A DNA stretch of 64,000 nt from Eledone cirrhosa. Lineage: Eukaryota. The notes under the pieces are model-generated. The model was not told the origin of the DNA and ran no database searches. It saw nothing but the letters and a program-made list of their open reading frames with translations. Shown piece by piece: positions 22,590-35,441 of the stretch; the stretch's first letter is position 1, and the number at the start of each line of letters is the position of its first letter. A program made the translations under genes and the position numbers. The stretch is from the NCBI GenBank assembly GCA_964016885.1, contig OZ024742.1, forward strand, positions 10,106,001 to 10,170,000. Direction: 5' to 3'.

Positions 22590-22977
22590 TTGTCAAGACA
22601 GAATTCTAGGAGAAGGAAAACTCTGATATAACACCAGCAACCCTGATGGTATCCAATGATGTTGACTTGTTCTTCTTTTTGGTAAATATCATCTTCGTTA
22701 AGAGAGTGGGACTGGCTTTGTGCAGTGCCTTTGCTCACTATAAAAGCTTCACGGCACAGGCATTGCTTTATATCTGGAGATCTCTCTGCAGTTGTCGTCA
22801 CATGGTGCCATGGGCCCAGCACTAAGTGTCAATAATTGTCACAGGTGTAGTGTTTGTACCAGAGTTTTCAAGTCGCTGGCTGGACTAAAAAGTCACTCTT
22901 GTTTAGCGCATCGGTAGGGGTTCTTCTACATGGATATAAAGTAGTGGCCGTACTCGAAAACGAGTTGGCAGCCACCA
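22590..22977 (+). mobile_element. 5'-truncated copy of the RTE-derived repeat
   Basis: Same 3' ~385 bp with the same 3' terminus. Confidence 0.7.
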
Positions 22978-23139
22978 CATATGTAAGTATGTACGTATGT
23001 GTGTGTATGTATGTATGTATGTATGCATGTATGGATATATGTAACTATGTATGTGTGTATATGTATGTATGCATGTGTATATTTGAATATATTCATAGAT
23101 GTATCAATATATGTGAGTATGTATGTGTGTATATATGCG

Positions 23140-23530
23140 GAATGCCAACAACCTGCCCAGAACATCAATATGTTAGGAAACCTAACACGACATCACCCCA
23201 CAGCTTCTCGCCTCATAACTATCCACCGCATGCGCTGGTACGGACATATCTTCTGCTTTCCATCAGATCATCCTACAGGGTATTAGTTTTGTTAGACGCA
23301 GCGGCAACAGGCTGGAAGAGGCCACAAGGCAGGACCCACAGCAGATAGCTATATGTCATCAGGAAAGATCTCCGGAGGCCCAACATTACTTTGGAGAATG
23401 CAGAGGAGATGGCACGGGACCACCGGTGAGGAAGGGCGTTGGTGAACCTGGTCGGCTCCATGCACTATGATGTTTCTGGGATCGCTGTGTTAAGAAGACC
23501 CTGCCGTCGTCGAGCAAGAGGACGAAGAAT
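23140..23530 (+). mobile_element. Degenerate RTE/RTEX-type LINE 3' fragment
   Basis: Translates HRMRWYGHI...GWKRPQGR...IRKDL, resembling the RTE C-terminal RLRWxGH / RxxGRP motifs. Confidence 0.55.
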
Positions 23531-23946
23531 TATATATATACATATCAACGTTTTTTGAAATATTCAGTTCTGCGTTTACAGATTGACTTTGTTAGTTTCA
23601 GAAGATCCCGTTAAGGGTGAAAGCAGCGATTCTTTGCTTAAACTTTAATCTGTTATTTTAATAAATATATATATATATATATATAAACCGCTCTGTATAA
23701 TTAGCTCCTGATTATTATTGGACTTATTTAAGAATCCAGCTTCTATAATTTTCGGTAAAAGCAGGGGAGTACGAGGCTCTGATGAACGCCAATCAGCGTG
23801 AAATAGTTTGCCAGCTTCTCTCCCTTTTTTCGCCGAAAAGAAGTAAGTGACATAGTCACTACTTTAAAACTGATAACGTGTGGTATTCTAAATGTTTTTA
23901 ATTAAATATACAGTATATTGCCAAATATACTATACATATATATATA

Positions 23947-24478
23947 CTAGCAGTGTTACCCGGCGTTGCACGGGATAAGGTATGTTGGGCCGCCAACAGA
24001 TCTAATCCTGGACAATATGTAAAGAAAATAAACCGAATACTCTGATGGCTGGATAATCTTTAAGATTTTCCTCGATGAAGCAGGAAAAATGTAGGTTTTC
24101 ACCTAATGCGAGCCCTAGGGGATCGAGAATATGATTTTTTTTATGTGCATAATATGCTTTGAAATTTAAAGTTGAAAAAATGAAGTTTTTCACATAATGT
24201 GGGCCCTAGGCCATAAAAAGGTTGGATTTTCTTTGCTCACAGTATGAAGAAGAGACTGACTAATACATAGTTACAATTTCAAGGAAATCGGTCTGACGTA
24301 ACGCATTCAAAAGAACCGTAAAAAGCTTAAAAAACGCAGTTTTTCACCTAATGCGGGCCCTAGGGGATCAAAATGTTGAATTTTTTGTATGTGCATAACA
24401 CTCCCTGAAACATAAGTAATATACATGTATAGTTTGAAAAACATCGGTTGGGTACTTTTCGAGTTTTAGGGATTCAAA

Positions 24479-24533
<55 letters not shown>

Positions 24534-24838
24534 CCTCGGGGAAATGACGTAATGCAGACAGGCAGACATACAGACAGATATTATAAGGGCGCGACGTTAT
24601 ATTTATGTATCTATCTAAAAAGAGAAAGACTAAGAATTATAGAGAGAGATCACTAAATCGCCTAATGCGGTCCCTAGGGCATTGAAAATTTGAAATGTTT
24701 TTGCTCAGAACACTCCCTGAAACATAAGTATTACATGTGTAATGTTTCAAAACAGTCAGTTGGGTGGTTCTCGAGTTTTAGGGATTCAAACTCACACACA
24801 CACAGACAGACATATCCTCAGTTTTATATATATATATA
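23947..24838 (-). mobile_element. Non-autonomous Helitron
   Basis: Minus-strand 3' end CCCGTGCAACGCCGGG hairpin then CTAG|T; 5' end TATATAAAACTGAGG; internal CCTAATGCGGGCCCTAGGG sub-repeats. Confidence 0.75.
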
Positions 24839-24843
24839 CATGT

Positions 24844-25039
24844 AACAAAGGAATTGTGGTAAGGAACCAGATGGACCATAACACACCAGAGTACTCAATA
24901 CTTAGGGAAGTAGAGCGGGAAATAGGAAAAAGTATGACCCCGACGGCAGAGCTCAAGCCGTTTCGACGGCTAGTTCTGGACTATTTCCAGAAATAGCCGT
25001 CGAAACGGCTTGAGCTCTGTCGTCGGGGTCATACTTTTT

Positions 25040-25044
<5 letters not shown>
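24844..25044. mobile_element. Family A fold-back PLE-type end in (TA)n, copy 1
   Basis: ~75-nt unique tail plus ~60-bp inverted repeat containing GAAACGGC-TTGAGCTC..GTCGGGGTC (3' half of a hammerhead). Confidence 0.65.
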
Positions 25045-25085
<41 letters not shown>

Positions 25086-25443
25086 TCGGTTGCTGTTATC
25101 TAGTGGTTTAATCAAACTCAATGGAGTTTCTAACTCATTACCTCGGCGTCATACATCCTATCATGTGAGTTTGAAGGGTTGAGGGGGAGGAGAGACCAAT
25201 GTGACGTCATGGCTTCTTTTATAAAAGAGTGATGGGGAATGAGGGTGATGAGACGTCATGACTTCCTTTATGATAGTATGAGGAAAGAGAGACAGACAGA
25301 GAGAGAAAGAGAGGGACCGAGAGAGAGGGGGGTGTAAAGTATGTGTCGATAACCAAACATTGACATATAAAATAACTTTAGTCAAAATAGCGATGAAGTG
25401 GATTAAATTCATATTATAACTCACTTAACTTTAAAATATAATA

Positions 25444-25617
25444 ATTGTTTCTACTTTTGGCACAAGACCATCAATTATCCAGTGCATTACTGGTACTTTA
25501 TTTTATCGACCCCGTAAGGCAAAGTTAACCTCGGCAGGATTTGAACTCAGAATGGCAAGGGCCGTAACTCTATACGTCAAAGCATGGCGTCCGACCCTCT
25601 ACCGATACTGCCAATCC
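25444..25617 (-). mobile_element. tRNA-derived SINE (Meta-domain-like body)
   Basis: A-box TGGCAGTATCGG, B-box GAGTTCAAATCC, body GGGGTCGATAAAATAAAGTACCAG, (ATT)n tail; homologous to 34198 and 54432. Confidence 0.75.
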
Positions 25618-26081
25618 ATCTTACAATAATAATAATGATTTCATTTATTGGCCACAAATGATAATAATATAATGGAATGGTTTAATAAGTTTCGATACCT
25701 CTGCAATTGGCGGAACTTCATTTCAAACGTCAATATTGTTAAAGGAAGGTTATTGATCTTTCAATCTGCCATTGATAATATGATTATAACAAAGATATGA
25801 AATAACTTTGAAATGTCAAAGAATGCAGACATTTCATGATAGATTAATTGAGAAATTAGAGATTACCAGATGTATATATATCTTAGTATGTATCGATATG
25901 TAAGCGTGAAAAACAAATATATACACAAGTAGATTTAATCTGAATACTACCACGTGGATCAGTTTCATAACACCATGTCACCTCCCAGGCCTTTAACCAT
26001 ATTGACTCTATTGCAAGCACTCGAATTATATCTCAAAATTAAGGAGATATCAAATAACATGATATGTTGCTTCCTACGTCA

Positions 26082-26190
26082 ATAATTGTTTCTACTTTTG
26101 GCACAAGGCCATCAATTACCCAATGTATTACTGGTACTTTATTTTATCGACCCCGTAATTATGAAAGGCAAAGTTAACCTCGGCGGGATG
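26082..26190 (-). mobile_element. 3' fragment of the same SINE
   Basis: Near-duplicate of 25444-25540. Confidence 0.65.
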
Positions 26191-26584
26191 GGCTTTCTTC
26201 TTGTAGAGAACATGTGGAGTAGCGACAACTGGACGATATTTAGTGATAGGTTTACTCAGTCAACGGACCTGGGGCTAAACAACAGTAACCACCTAAAAGA
26301 GGTGGCTTCTTCATCCAGTTTTCACCCCAATCGCAGAGTTCCTGCAAATGGTTACACCTGTTGTCCGTCCTCGTTTCATTCGGTGAGTAAAAACAAAAGA
26401 GTTTTATGTGCTTTGTGAGTTCACTGAGAAAATATATGAAAAAAAAAAAGAAAGTTGTAAAATTATTAAAACTTTTTTCAAACGTCCTTAAGAATTTATA
26501 ACTAAAACAGGGAATTTTAATTTAAAATCATTAATTTACAATATTTTCGGTGAGTGATATTGTATTAATGTATTTTTAGTGACG

Positions 26585-26770
26585 AACAAAATCCTTTGCG
26601 GTATTTATCTTCGACTATTTACGTTGTGAGTTCAAATACCATGAAGTCAGCTTTCTTTTTCGTCCTTCTGGGATCGATAAAATAAAGTACCATCAAAGTA
26701 CTGGAGTTGATATAATCGACTTTTTCCTCACACAAAACTACCGGCCTTCTACCTAAGTTAGAAACAATAA
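26585..26770 (+). mobile_element. Diverged copy of the same SINE
   Basis: GAGTTCAAATACC B-box, GGATCGATAAAATAAAGTACC body, TAGAAACAATAAT end. Confidence 0.65.
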
Positions 26771-26950
26771 TTTTCTGTAATTGTATTTCGTTTTAAAATA
26801 TCAGGTTTTGGCTTAACAATTTAATCAGCCCTTCCTGTTTAGTTAGACTGGACCCTAGTGTTCAATATAGACCAGTTACAGAAACCCTGAGTGACAGGTA
26901 AATTGATTTGTTGATTTACTAGACCTCAAGATAATATAAAATATATAAGA

Positions 26951-27092
26951 AGGCGCATGGCTTAGTGGTTAGAGCATTGGGCTTGCAATCAAAAGGTTGT
27001 GAGTTCAATTCTCGGACCGGGTGATGTGTTGTTTCCTTGAACAAGACACTTTATTTCACGTTGCACCAGTTTACTCAGCTGTGAAAATGAGA
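26951..27092 (+). mobile_element. Second tRNA-derived SINE family
   Basis: A-box TGGCTTAGTGG, B-box GAGTTCAATTC, followed by a CCTTGAACAAGACACTT body; no tRNA 3' acceptor stem. Confidence 0.65.
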
Positions 27093-28224
27093 TGATAGGA
27101 CTGGGGTCCCTATCATTAAATCACACAAGACACCTCCAACGAGATATACCTTGGAGGAGGCCAGCTGGACCTGCATAGGTGCGAGCTGTAACAACATGAT
27201 AATATCAATATAACCCTCTAAGTCTACAGCAAACTCCCTATAATGAAAGAGTCAACGACTGAAATATATATTTTATAAACATCTTTTTTTTACTTTAGAT
27301 AGATGACTGCATCATAGATATGGGAGTTGTCGTGACTCTAGTTATGATTGCGAATTAACGTTTCAAATGCCTAGCAGCATTCTAACCATGACAGCTGGTC
27401 GTGTCAATAAAGTGGTTTTAGACAGGCTCAGAATTGATGGTTCCAACCTTATCAACACCAATTCTTTTTCATCTAATATCAATATATTTAACACTAACTC
27501 TTAATTTGGTGTTTGTTGGTAATATTAGGTTGTATGTTTGTAGTGTTATTGGTACAAGGTATATATACTAATTTATTTTTGTGGCCACTTCTAGCTAAAG
27601 CTTCGTTATAAAAGGTCGCATTTTTATCAAATACATTCTGGTTAGACGAAAGGATCCTAGAAACGATCGTAAAATGATGAATTTTTTAATATAAGGAACT
27701 GTTTCTTTGTTTATTCATTATTTTTATTAATTTATCTTGACTCTGTTCTCCTGTATTTTTCATCGAGAAAAATTTTTGAATATATCTTCTCCTTTCATGA
27801 TATTCGGATTACATTGAGTTCTTCATACGGATTGGACACTACCGTACATTTTGGTAGATTTATCTATCTATCTATCTATCTATATATATATATATACATA
27901 TATATGGTGTGTGTGTGTATGTGTGTGTGTGTGTGTGTAGAAAGAGAGAGGGGGGATAATATATATATATGGTTAAGCTGTATGAGTCAAACCATCTATC
28001 ACTCCTTCCCTCTCTATTAATCTATGAATGCATATATATATATATATAAACAGACAGAGAGAAAGAGAAAGAGAGAGGGGAGGGTGATGATGAGGAGGAG
28101 GAGATATTAGTATAAATGGTTAAGATGTCTGAAATAGTCAATTTGTAATCAAAATACATGATGGTGGAACCAATGTCATATGTTGAATAGAAATAGCTGA
28201 AATAGATAAACTGCTTCATGTATA

Positions 28225-28274
<50 letters not shown>

Positions 28275-28437
28275 AGTATGTATGTATATATGTATATATA
28301 TATGTATATATATATGTATATAAGTATGTATGTATATATGTATATATATATGTATATATAAGTATGTATGTATGTATAGATTTAAGTAACTGCCGTACTA
28401 AGAGTGAGAAATGAAATTTCGTTTCATTCTATTCCAA

Positions 28438-28497
<60 letters not shown>

Positions 28498-29254
28498 ATT
28501 AGGCAGGGAATATGTGTGCGTGTTTATACGGAACAACAGGTTTCGAGTATATCACTTGTAGTCGTCAGGGTGTCTGAATACTGACTTGATGAAATCATTT
28601 AAAACGTTCGATAGAGGTAAAATAAAAAAAGAAAAGAAAAAAAGACGAAGTAGACGAAGAAATGAATACCAAATTCTTTAGGCATAATGTTGTGATGCGT
28701 GGTTTGTCATGACACCTAACTTTATTCGCCGTATTAGAAATGGAAATATACAAAACTAGATCTGGACAGAAAATTACCTTTTACCACAGGTTAGTCGAGC
28801 TTGTCAACTAAATGATAATGTTTAAAAGAAAATCGACAGACCAGATAGCGTGACAAAGATCTCTTCGTTTTCTTTTTTCTTATCCATTTATTTTTATATT
28901 TATTTTCATTGTTTTATAACTTTTTACTTTTTAAGAAAAAAAATACCTAGTTAAGATCGTCTTCGATCGCAATCATTTCGAATTGAATGTTATGGTATTT
29001 TCTGATGTTGAAGCTGTCTATCTGTGGAATAATTGAGATAGGTGTATAGAGGTGTGTTTGTGGGGTTGACTGGGGGTTGAAGAAGAAACAAGAGACAAGA
29101 TGGTTCTTCATCGTGTTAGATTTCAGCCTGGAAATATGGAAGAAAAGATTCCATCTGAGAATGACAGTAATAACTATTCAGTAATAACTGTTTCATGACT
29201 GTAGAACTGAGTCAGAAGACTGGGTCAGAGGGAAGTCCAGATAGTTTGATATGT

Positions 29255-29437
29255 ATACGACAGTGGGCTCAATAGTTCATAGGCTGACTATGAAGGAGTG
29301 ATGCTAGAGCTGTGAAATCTTGCACGCACTAATTTCAACTCTCCTTATTACTTACTGTATTGTTTCCTTCCAAGGATTATGTTAAAAATTAAACCTCATT
29401 TGGTCATTCCATTAGAGTATCTTGGTCAGCTTATGAA
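29255..29437. mobile_element. Possible mariner-type MITE remnant
   Basis: Inverted motifs TTCATAGGCTGAC (~29276) and GTCAGCTTATGAA (~29425). Confidence 0.35.
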
Positions 29438-29566
29438 TCTATACCATATTTACACTATTATTCCAAGTATCGAGTTCTCTGTAGAATTACGGTCTTTCTA
29501 ATTCAAACTGGTATACTCTTGAACTATAGATATATGTACATATATACAGAGAGAAAGAGATGAGAG

Positions 29567-29633
<67 letters not shown>

Positions 29634-29636
<3 letters not shown>

Positions 29637-31098
29637 CAAATAAAATAAATAAGTCAAATGTTTAAAATTTAGCTTCGTTTATTACTGCTATATATATTTC
29701 GGTGACAGCCATCTTTGACTGTGACCTCTTCAGGCAGTCCGAATTAGTGTGGTAGAGACGAATACACATGTTGTTGAGGTGTATAACTTTGTCAATACTA
29801 TGATATGCCCAGTTCCTGGTTGGGTTGTTATTTCATTGAGGAACTGGAATCATATGAATTTAAACAATCGAATTTCAGCGTCAGAGGATATCTTCTCCTC
29901 TCATTGGTCAGTTGTGAGAACATTCCTCAGTCAAAAGTCTATAGAAATTCATTCTGAGGCAAGGCAATCTGTAGTGGTTTTTTCCTTGTTATTGCTAAGT
30001 ACATCTGACCTCTACTCTTATGTTGGTAGTGATGTTGATATTAGAATCAGCTCAAAAAATGATAAAGTGGTAGAAAGAATAAGGTGGTAGAGGAACCAAA
30101 TAAATAATCAAATAAAATGTCTGTGTGTTATACCCAATCTCAATGTTATAAAAATTTGTAAGTTCACTCAACTCATTGGTCAGTTTTGAGAGCATTCCTC
30201 AGTCAAAAGTCTATAGAAATTATTTCTGAGGTTAGGTTCCCTGTAGTGTTTGTTTTTGCTATTGTTAGGTACATCTGACCTCTACCCTTATAATTTGGTA
30301 GTGTTGTTGGTGTTGTGGTCAGCCCATGTCTTGCTGCTGTGTGTGTTTCTTCATCCACCCTGCCACCATCTCTCGTGGTGGCGGAGGGGGGGGGAGGGGT
30401 CTTCCATGTTTATGAAGAAATAGAAGGCAATATGATGAAGAAAACAGAAAATAAATAATGAATAGAAAATAAATGAAAAATTAATTGATGAAAAATGACA
30501 AATGACAAATGTAAAATGAAATGGAAATTGAAAAATGTAAAATGAAATATGAAAATGAAAAGTGGAAAATAGAAGTGAAGATTCAAATAAAGTAAAATGT
30601 GTGTGTTCTATAACCAATCTCAAGGTCAGAAAGATGTTGGATAAAGTGGTAGGAGGAACAAGATGGAAAAAGAATAAAACGAAATAAGATAATTAAATAA
30701 AAAGTGTGTGTGTTATAACCATACTCAACTTAAATATAAGGCATAAATATAGGCAATAAGGTGAGGAAAACAAAACAAATGAAAAATCAATGAAAAATCA
30801 ATGAAAAATCAAGTAAAATAAAATGTGTGTGTGTTATAAAGATGTTGGCCAAATTAGAAAGGCTGTGTCAGAATCAATCTCTAGGCTATCATGGTGTCAG
30901 CTCAGCCGGGGTGGGTCCCTAAAGATGGCTGTCACCGAAATATATATAGCAGTAATAAACGAAGCCAAATTTTAAACATTTGACTTATTTATTTTATTTT
31001 ATTTTACATTATTCCGGAGTAACCAAACCAACCTGCTCACTGCGTCGAGTGCTCCATCTGCATACTCAAGTGTTGGTACACAACCAACATAAACTCAA
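29634..31098 (-). mobile_element. Family C PLE-type remnant with inverted ends and a hammerhead
   Basis: 29634-29716 is inverted at 30921-31005 with an extra ~95-nt tail; hammerhead at 29684-29738; second copy at 56887-57110. Confidence 0.7.
29684..29738 (-). ncRNA. Type I hammerhead ribozyme (PLE minimal type)
   Basis: ACTGC-CTGAAGA-[GGTCACAGTCA AAGA TGGCTGTCACC]-GAAA-TATATA-TA^GCAGT; stem I ACTGC/GCAGT, palindromic loop 3. Confidence 0.8.
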
Positions 31099-31110
31099 TA
31101 TATATATATA

Positions 31111-31292
31111 AGTTTATCCCGGGTTCAATCGGGGGTACCCACAGTAAGTAAGGTACGCAATACAAAGCAGAGTATTTAATATAGAAAGGCTTCTACAGGA
31201 CTAGAACTGTTTCATTCGGGAGAAATCATCAGGAAGCCCTGATAATTTCTCCCAAATGAAACTGTTCTAGTCCTGTAGAAGCCTTTCTATAT

Positions 31293-31295
<3 letters not shown>
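31111..31295. mobile_element. Family B fold-back PLE-type end in (TA)n
   Basis: ~65-nt tail plus ~57-bp inverted repeat; other copies at 47985-48107, 49180-49332, 56134-56235. Confidence 0.7.
31188..31238 (-). ncRNA. Type I hammerhead ribozyme
   Basis: GGCTTC-CTGATGA-[T TTC TCCC GAA T]-GAA-ACAG ttctagtc CTGT-A^GAAGCC; stems I and III pair perfectly, stem II weak. Confidence 0.75.
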
Positions 31296-31344
<49 letters not shown>

Positions 31345-31351
<7 letters not shown>

Positions 31352-31638
31352 CTGAAATTGTCTCTGTGTGTGTGTCCTAATATTTGCAAAGTCTATACAA
31401 ATCCACATTTCTACTCCGATTGACTTCAAACTTACATTTATATATTCCTTGCGGTCTAAATAAGGTTCGATAAGGATAAATATATATCAAATATATAAGA
31501 ACCATGTGTTGAACAAACGAGCAACGATGGTTGCTAGACACTACGGCTTAATACGGGATGTTTGTTTACAAACACACCGAGCATTATAATAAATGTTCGG
31601 TGAATCCATACGTACATATATATATATATGTGTGCATG

Positions 31639-31679
<41 letters not shown>

Positions 31680-32095
31680 ATACATACTTCTGTACGTCTG
31701 TATACATATATGTATGTACGCATACATACTTATATTTAAGTAACAGCCGTACTAAGAATGAGAAATGAAATTTCGTTTCATTTTTTCCGTTTATCGTTTT
31801 CGGTACACCGGCCGATTAACTCACTCGATGTGCAAATTAGGCTGCTCAGCCGTTAATATGCATAAGGAACGTATATACTTTCAGACGTTCAACCATCTGG
31901 CAGGGAGGTATACGTTGCTGACGATAGCTAATAAGCTTGAAACTAGTACAGCGTTCCTTTGTCAGTGTTGAACAAATGAGCAACGGTGGTTGCTAGACAC
32001 TGTACGGCTTAATTCGGGATGTTTGTTTACAAACACACTGAGCATTATAATAAATGTTCGGTGTATTCATACGTAAATATATATATGTGTGCATG

Positions 32096-32162
<67 letters not shown>

Positions 32163-32263
32163 TACTGTACGTCCGTATACATATATGTATGTACGTATAC
32201 ATACTTATATTTAAGTAACAGCCGTACTAAGATTGAGAAATGAAATTTCGTTTCATTTTTTAC

Positions 32264-32320
<57 letters not shown>

Positions 32321-33242
32321 ATTATATATTTGTGCACAGATATTTTTGAATACACAAAAACAAAATATAAACAAGCGTATTTATTTCACGAAAGCACCGA
32401 CGGTTTATCGTCATTGTTACTGCCGATATGCCACCCAAAATGTCCCACTACTTTTGGTACAAAGCCAGTAATTACATAGTCAACGGTTCGAAAATCACAT
32501 GCATCACTGACGAGTTTACCCCTTACTCTGCCAGTTAGCCTTAGTGTACTTCGTCCTGCTTTTAGGTCATGCTTCGAAGGAAGAGATACTCCATTGGCCG
32601 AAATACTGCGAAAGCGGCAAGAAAAAGAACAAGGCGGGCAAACGAATCATCAGTGAAATCTGCTATTCGACGGTCGCAAAATGTTGAACGTACTGCCACC
32701 AGAAGAGCACTTGAAACAGACAACCAACGAACCATTCGCCGAAACGTGTCAGCTTTGCAATGTCTATCAACAAATCCCAGGGTCAGACACTAGCTGTTGC
32801 TGGTCTTCTTTTGGAAGAGTCATTTTTTCACACGGGCAACTATACGTTGGCTGGTCAGAGTGGGAAGCAAGACAAATCTCTTTGAATATGCCCGACACGG
32901 AAGAACAAGGAACATTGTGTACAAGGAGGTGTTACAATCATTGTTTAGGTAGACGAGGCAGAAGAGGACATACACGATTGGCTGAAGAAGGACGAGACTG
33001 TGTTAGTAGTACGACCAACAGCTGCTAGCACACCAACAGCAGCAAAAACAACAACAAAAAAGAGAGGGAATGCAATTCATGCTTTTGAAAAATCTTAATG
33101 GAAAATTATTTGCCTATGCACAACATGTAGACACCATCCTCGGGCCGAGGTATTCCGTACTTCTCTGTACTGTTTCAGAAAGGAGGGATAAACATGCCAA
33201 TCTATGTTTAGAAGCCCGAGCAACGCCGGGCCAATCTGCTAG
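31345..33242 (+). mobile_element. Internally deleted Helitron
   Basis: 5' TATATAACTGAAATTGTCT; RepHel-like basic N-terminus MLRRKRYSIGRN (32569) fused to PIF1 C-terminal motifs FAMSINKSQGQTL / SHGQLYV / RNIVYKEVL (32754-32937); 3' hairpin GCCCGAGCAACGCCGGGC + CTAG|T. Confidence 0.8.
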
Positions 33243-33427
33243 TATATATATATATTTATCAAAATAACAGATTAAAGTTAAAGCAAAGAATCGGTCCTTT
33301 TTTAATATTTTATCTTAATAAATGTTCTTAATCTGTTATCTTAATATGGTCCTTATATATTTGATATATATTTATCCTTATCGAGCCCTCTTTGGATTTT
33401 AGTCTTCACATTTATTATTATTACTAT

Positions 33428-33524
<97 letters not shown>

Positions 33525-34197
33525 TATATATATATATATACACACAAACAATGTGTACTGACCTTCTTAGCCTAGTAGCCTACTAAAGGAAAACACTCAA
33601 TACACACACGCCTCTGTGTGTATTTTTCTCATATATATTGTAAGCGTGAGAGAGAGGTGGTTATCTTGGAAATGTGTGCGTTGGAATAATTCTAAAAATA
33701 GTTTTGTTTTATTTTCTTTTTCTTCATTTATTTTGTTTTGTCTAATACTGGCTTAATTGTGACTGAGAGCTTGGTTTTTATTATTATGTATTGTATGTTG
33801 TTATTCGATCTATTGTGAAAGTTATGAATATTTATCATATATTTTCTGAGTTGTGTGGAAGCATAAGCAACTTTAATACTCTCCTAGTAGATTATTTATA
33901 ATGAAAGAAATATTAATTTTGAAATCATAATTTCGTGACGTATGTTTTCTTGGAGTCTCGTTTAATGGTATTAACAAATTAGTCAGTAATTCATGATTAT
34001 ATTTTTTTCTCTTGTATTATACGATGTGAGATTTAATGCCTACATGAATCATACTTTCATTTATATTCTTAATTGTTATGGTATTTTATCTTACTTTTAA
34101 TTACAAAACTTATAATCATTTAATTACTAAGCTTCTCCAAGTTTTCCTATTCAACTGACATTTTCGTGATAACTATGGTTTATCTAATGTTAGCATT

Positions 34198-34385
34198 GGA
34201 TTGGCAGTATCGGTAGAGGGTCGGACGCCATGCTTTGCAGCAAAGAACTACGGCCCTTTATGGTCTGAGTTCAAATCCCGCCGAGGTTAACTTTGCCTTT
34301 CATCCTTACGGAGTCAATAAAATAAAGTACCAGTAATACACTGGGATAATTGCTGGCCTTGTGCCAAAAGTAGAAACAATTATTA
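34198..34385 (+). mobile_element. tRNA-derived SINE (same family as 25444)
   Basis: A- and B-box, GCCTTTCATCCTTACGGAGTCAATAAAATAAAGTACCAG body, ATT tail. Confidence 0.78.
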
Positions 34386-34861
34386 ATCTAAAGACGTCGG
34401 TTACGGTTTTGTTCGTTGTGAGTTCAAATCTCACCTAAATTTACTGGTCTTATGCCTACATTAGATTTAGGGGTCTGTTTAACTCTGTGGTAAGGACTTT
34501 TCTTTTTTTTCTTTCTCGGAACATCTAAATTTCGGTTTCATGCCACTTCGTGGAACCATCAGCAAGTTACTCTACTATAGCCACAAGTTGTCCAACACCT
34601 TGTGTGTGAAATTTGATTGATGGAAATTGTACGGAAGCTCACTGTAAACATGTGTGTGTATATAGTATATATGTGTAAATATACGTACATATACATATAA
34701 ATGTATATATATGCATATATTTATGAATATATACATACACATGTACACATATATGCATATATATATATGTATATACACACACATATGTATATATACACAC
34801 ATACGTGTATATATACATATATGTGTGTGTACATACACATATTTATAGGTATATATCCATA

Positions 34862-34894
<33 letters not shown>

Positions 34895-34912
34895 GTGTGT
34901 ATGCGAGCATAT

Positions 34913-34943
<31 letters not shown>

Positions 34944-35441
34944 CATATGCAAATAACATATCGGTGTTCTCGTCTTTGGCAATATCGTGCTGTGACAACT
35001 AATCTGTGATTTGGCACCAGTGCTATGACAATTAACTTCATGTGCAGTAAGCAGAAGCTAGAAGACTTCAGCTGGCTGTACAACAACTTCTATGGTGTAA
35101 TTCATTCCAAGATGAACGCCAGATCTATCCTTCAAAGTAATAATTATTAATGTCCTTATAAAGTGCACAAGTTTCCTGTCTAAATTCATTCTTTATCGTA
35201 TTTATCTCAACGTTGTTGGCAATTTTTGAGTAGCCGAGATGTTCCAGTTGCGAAGATACGAAGTAATTGGTGATGCTTGGAAACATGATGCCATTCTATG
35301 TAGAGATCGTTTTATATTCCTTATCGAAATTGTTCTTATGTGACTATAACAGAAAGCTGAAAAAAAATCCATTAATCCTTTCATGTTTCTGTTTTGTTTA
35401 ATATTTCTCAAAAAATTAACAGAAATAACAAGACTTTAAAT

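Noticed and set aside
26951-27025. tRNA gene
   Set aside because: A/B boxes are present but there is no closing acceptor stem and it runs into a SINE body
28525-28575. Minus-strand CTGACGA...CGAAAC hammerhead core
   Set aside because: Stems I and III could not be paired
34966-35310. Possible host exons in unique sequence
   Set aside because: Short ORFs with no recognisable domain; cannot be supported without transcript data
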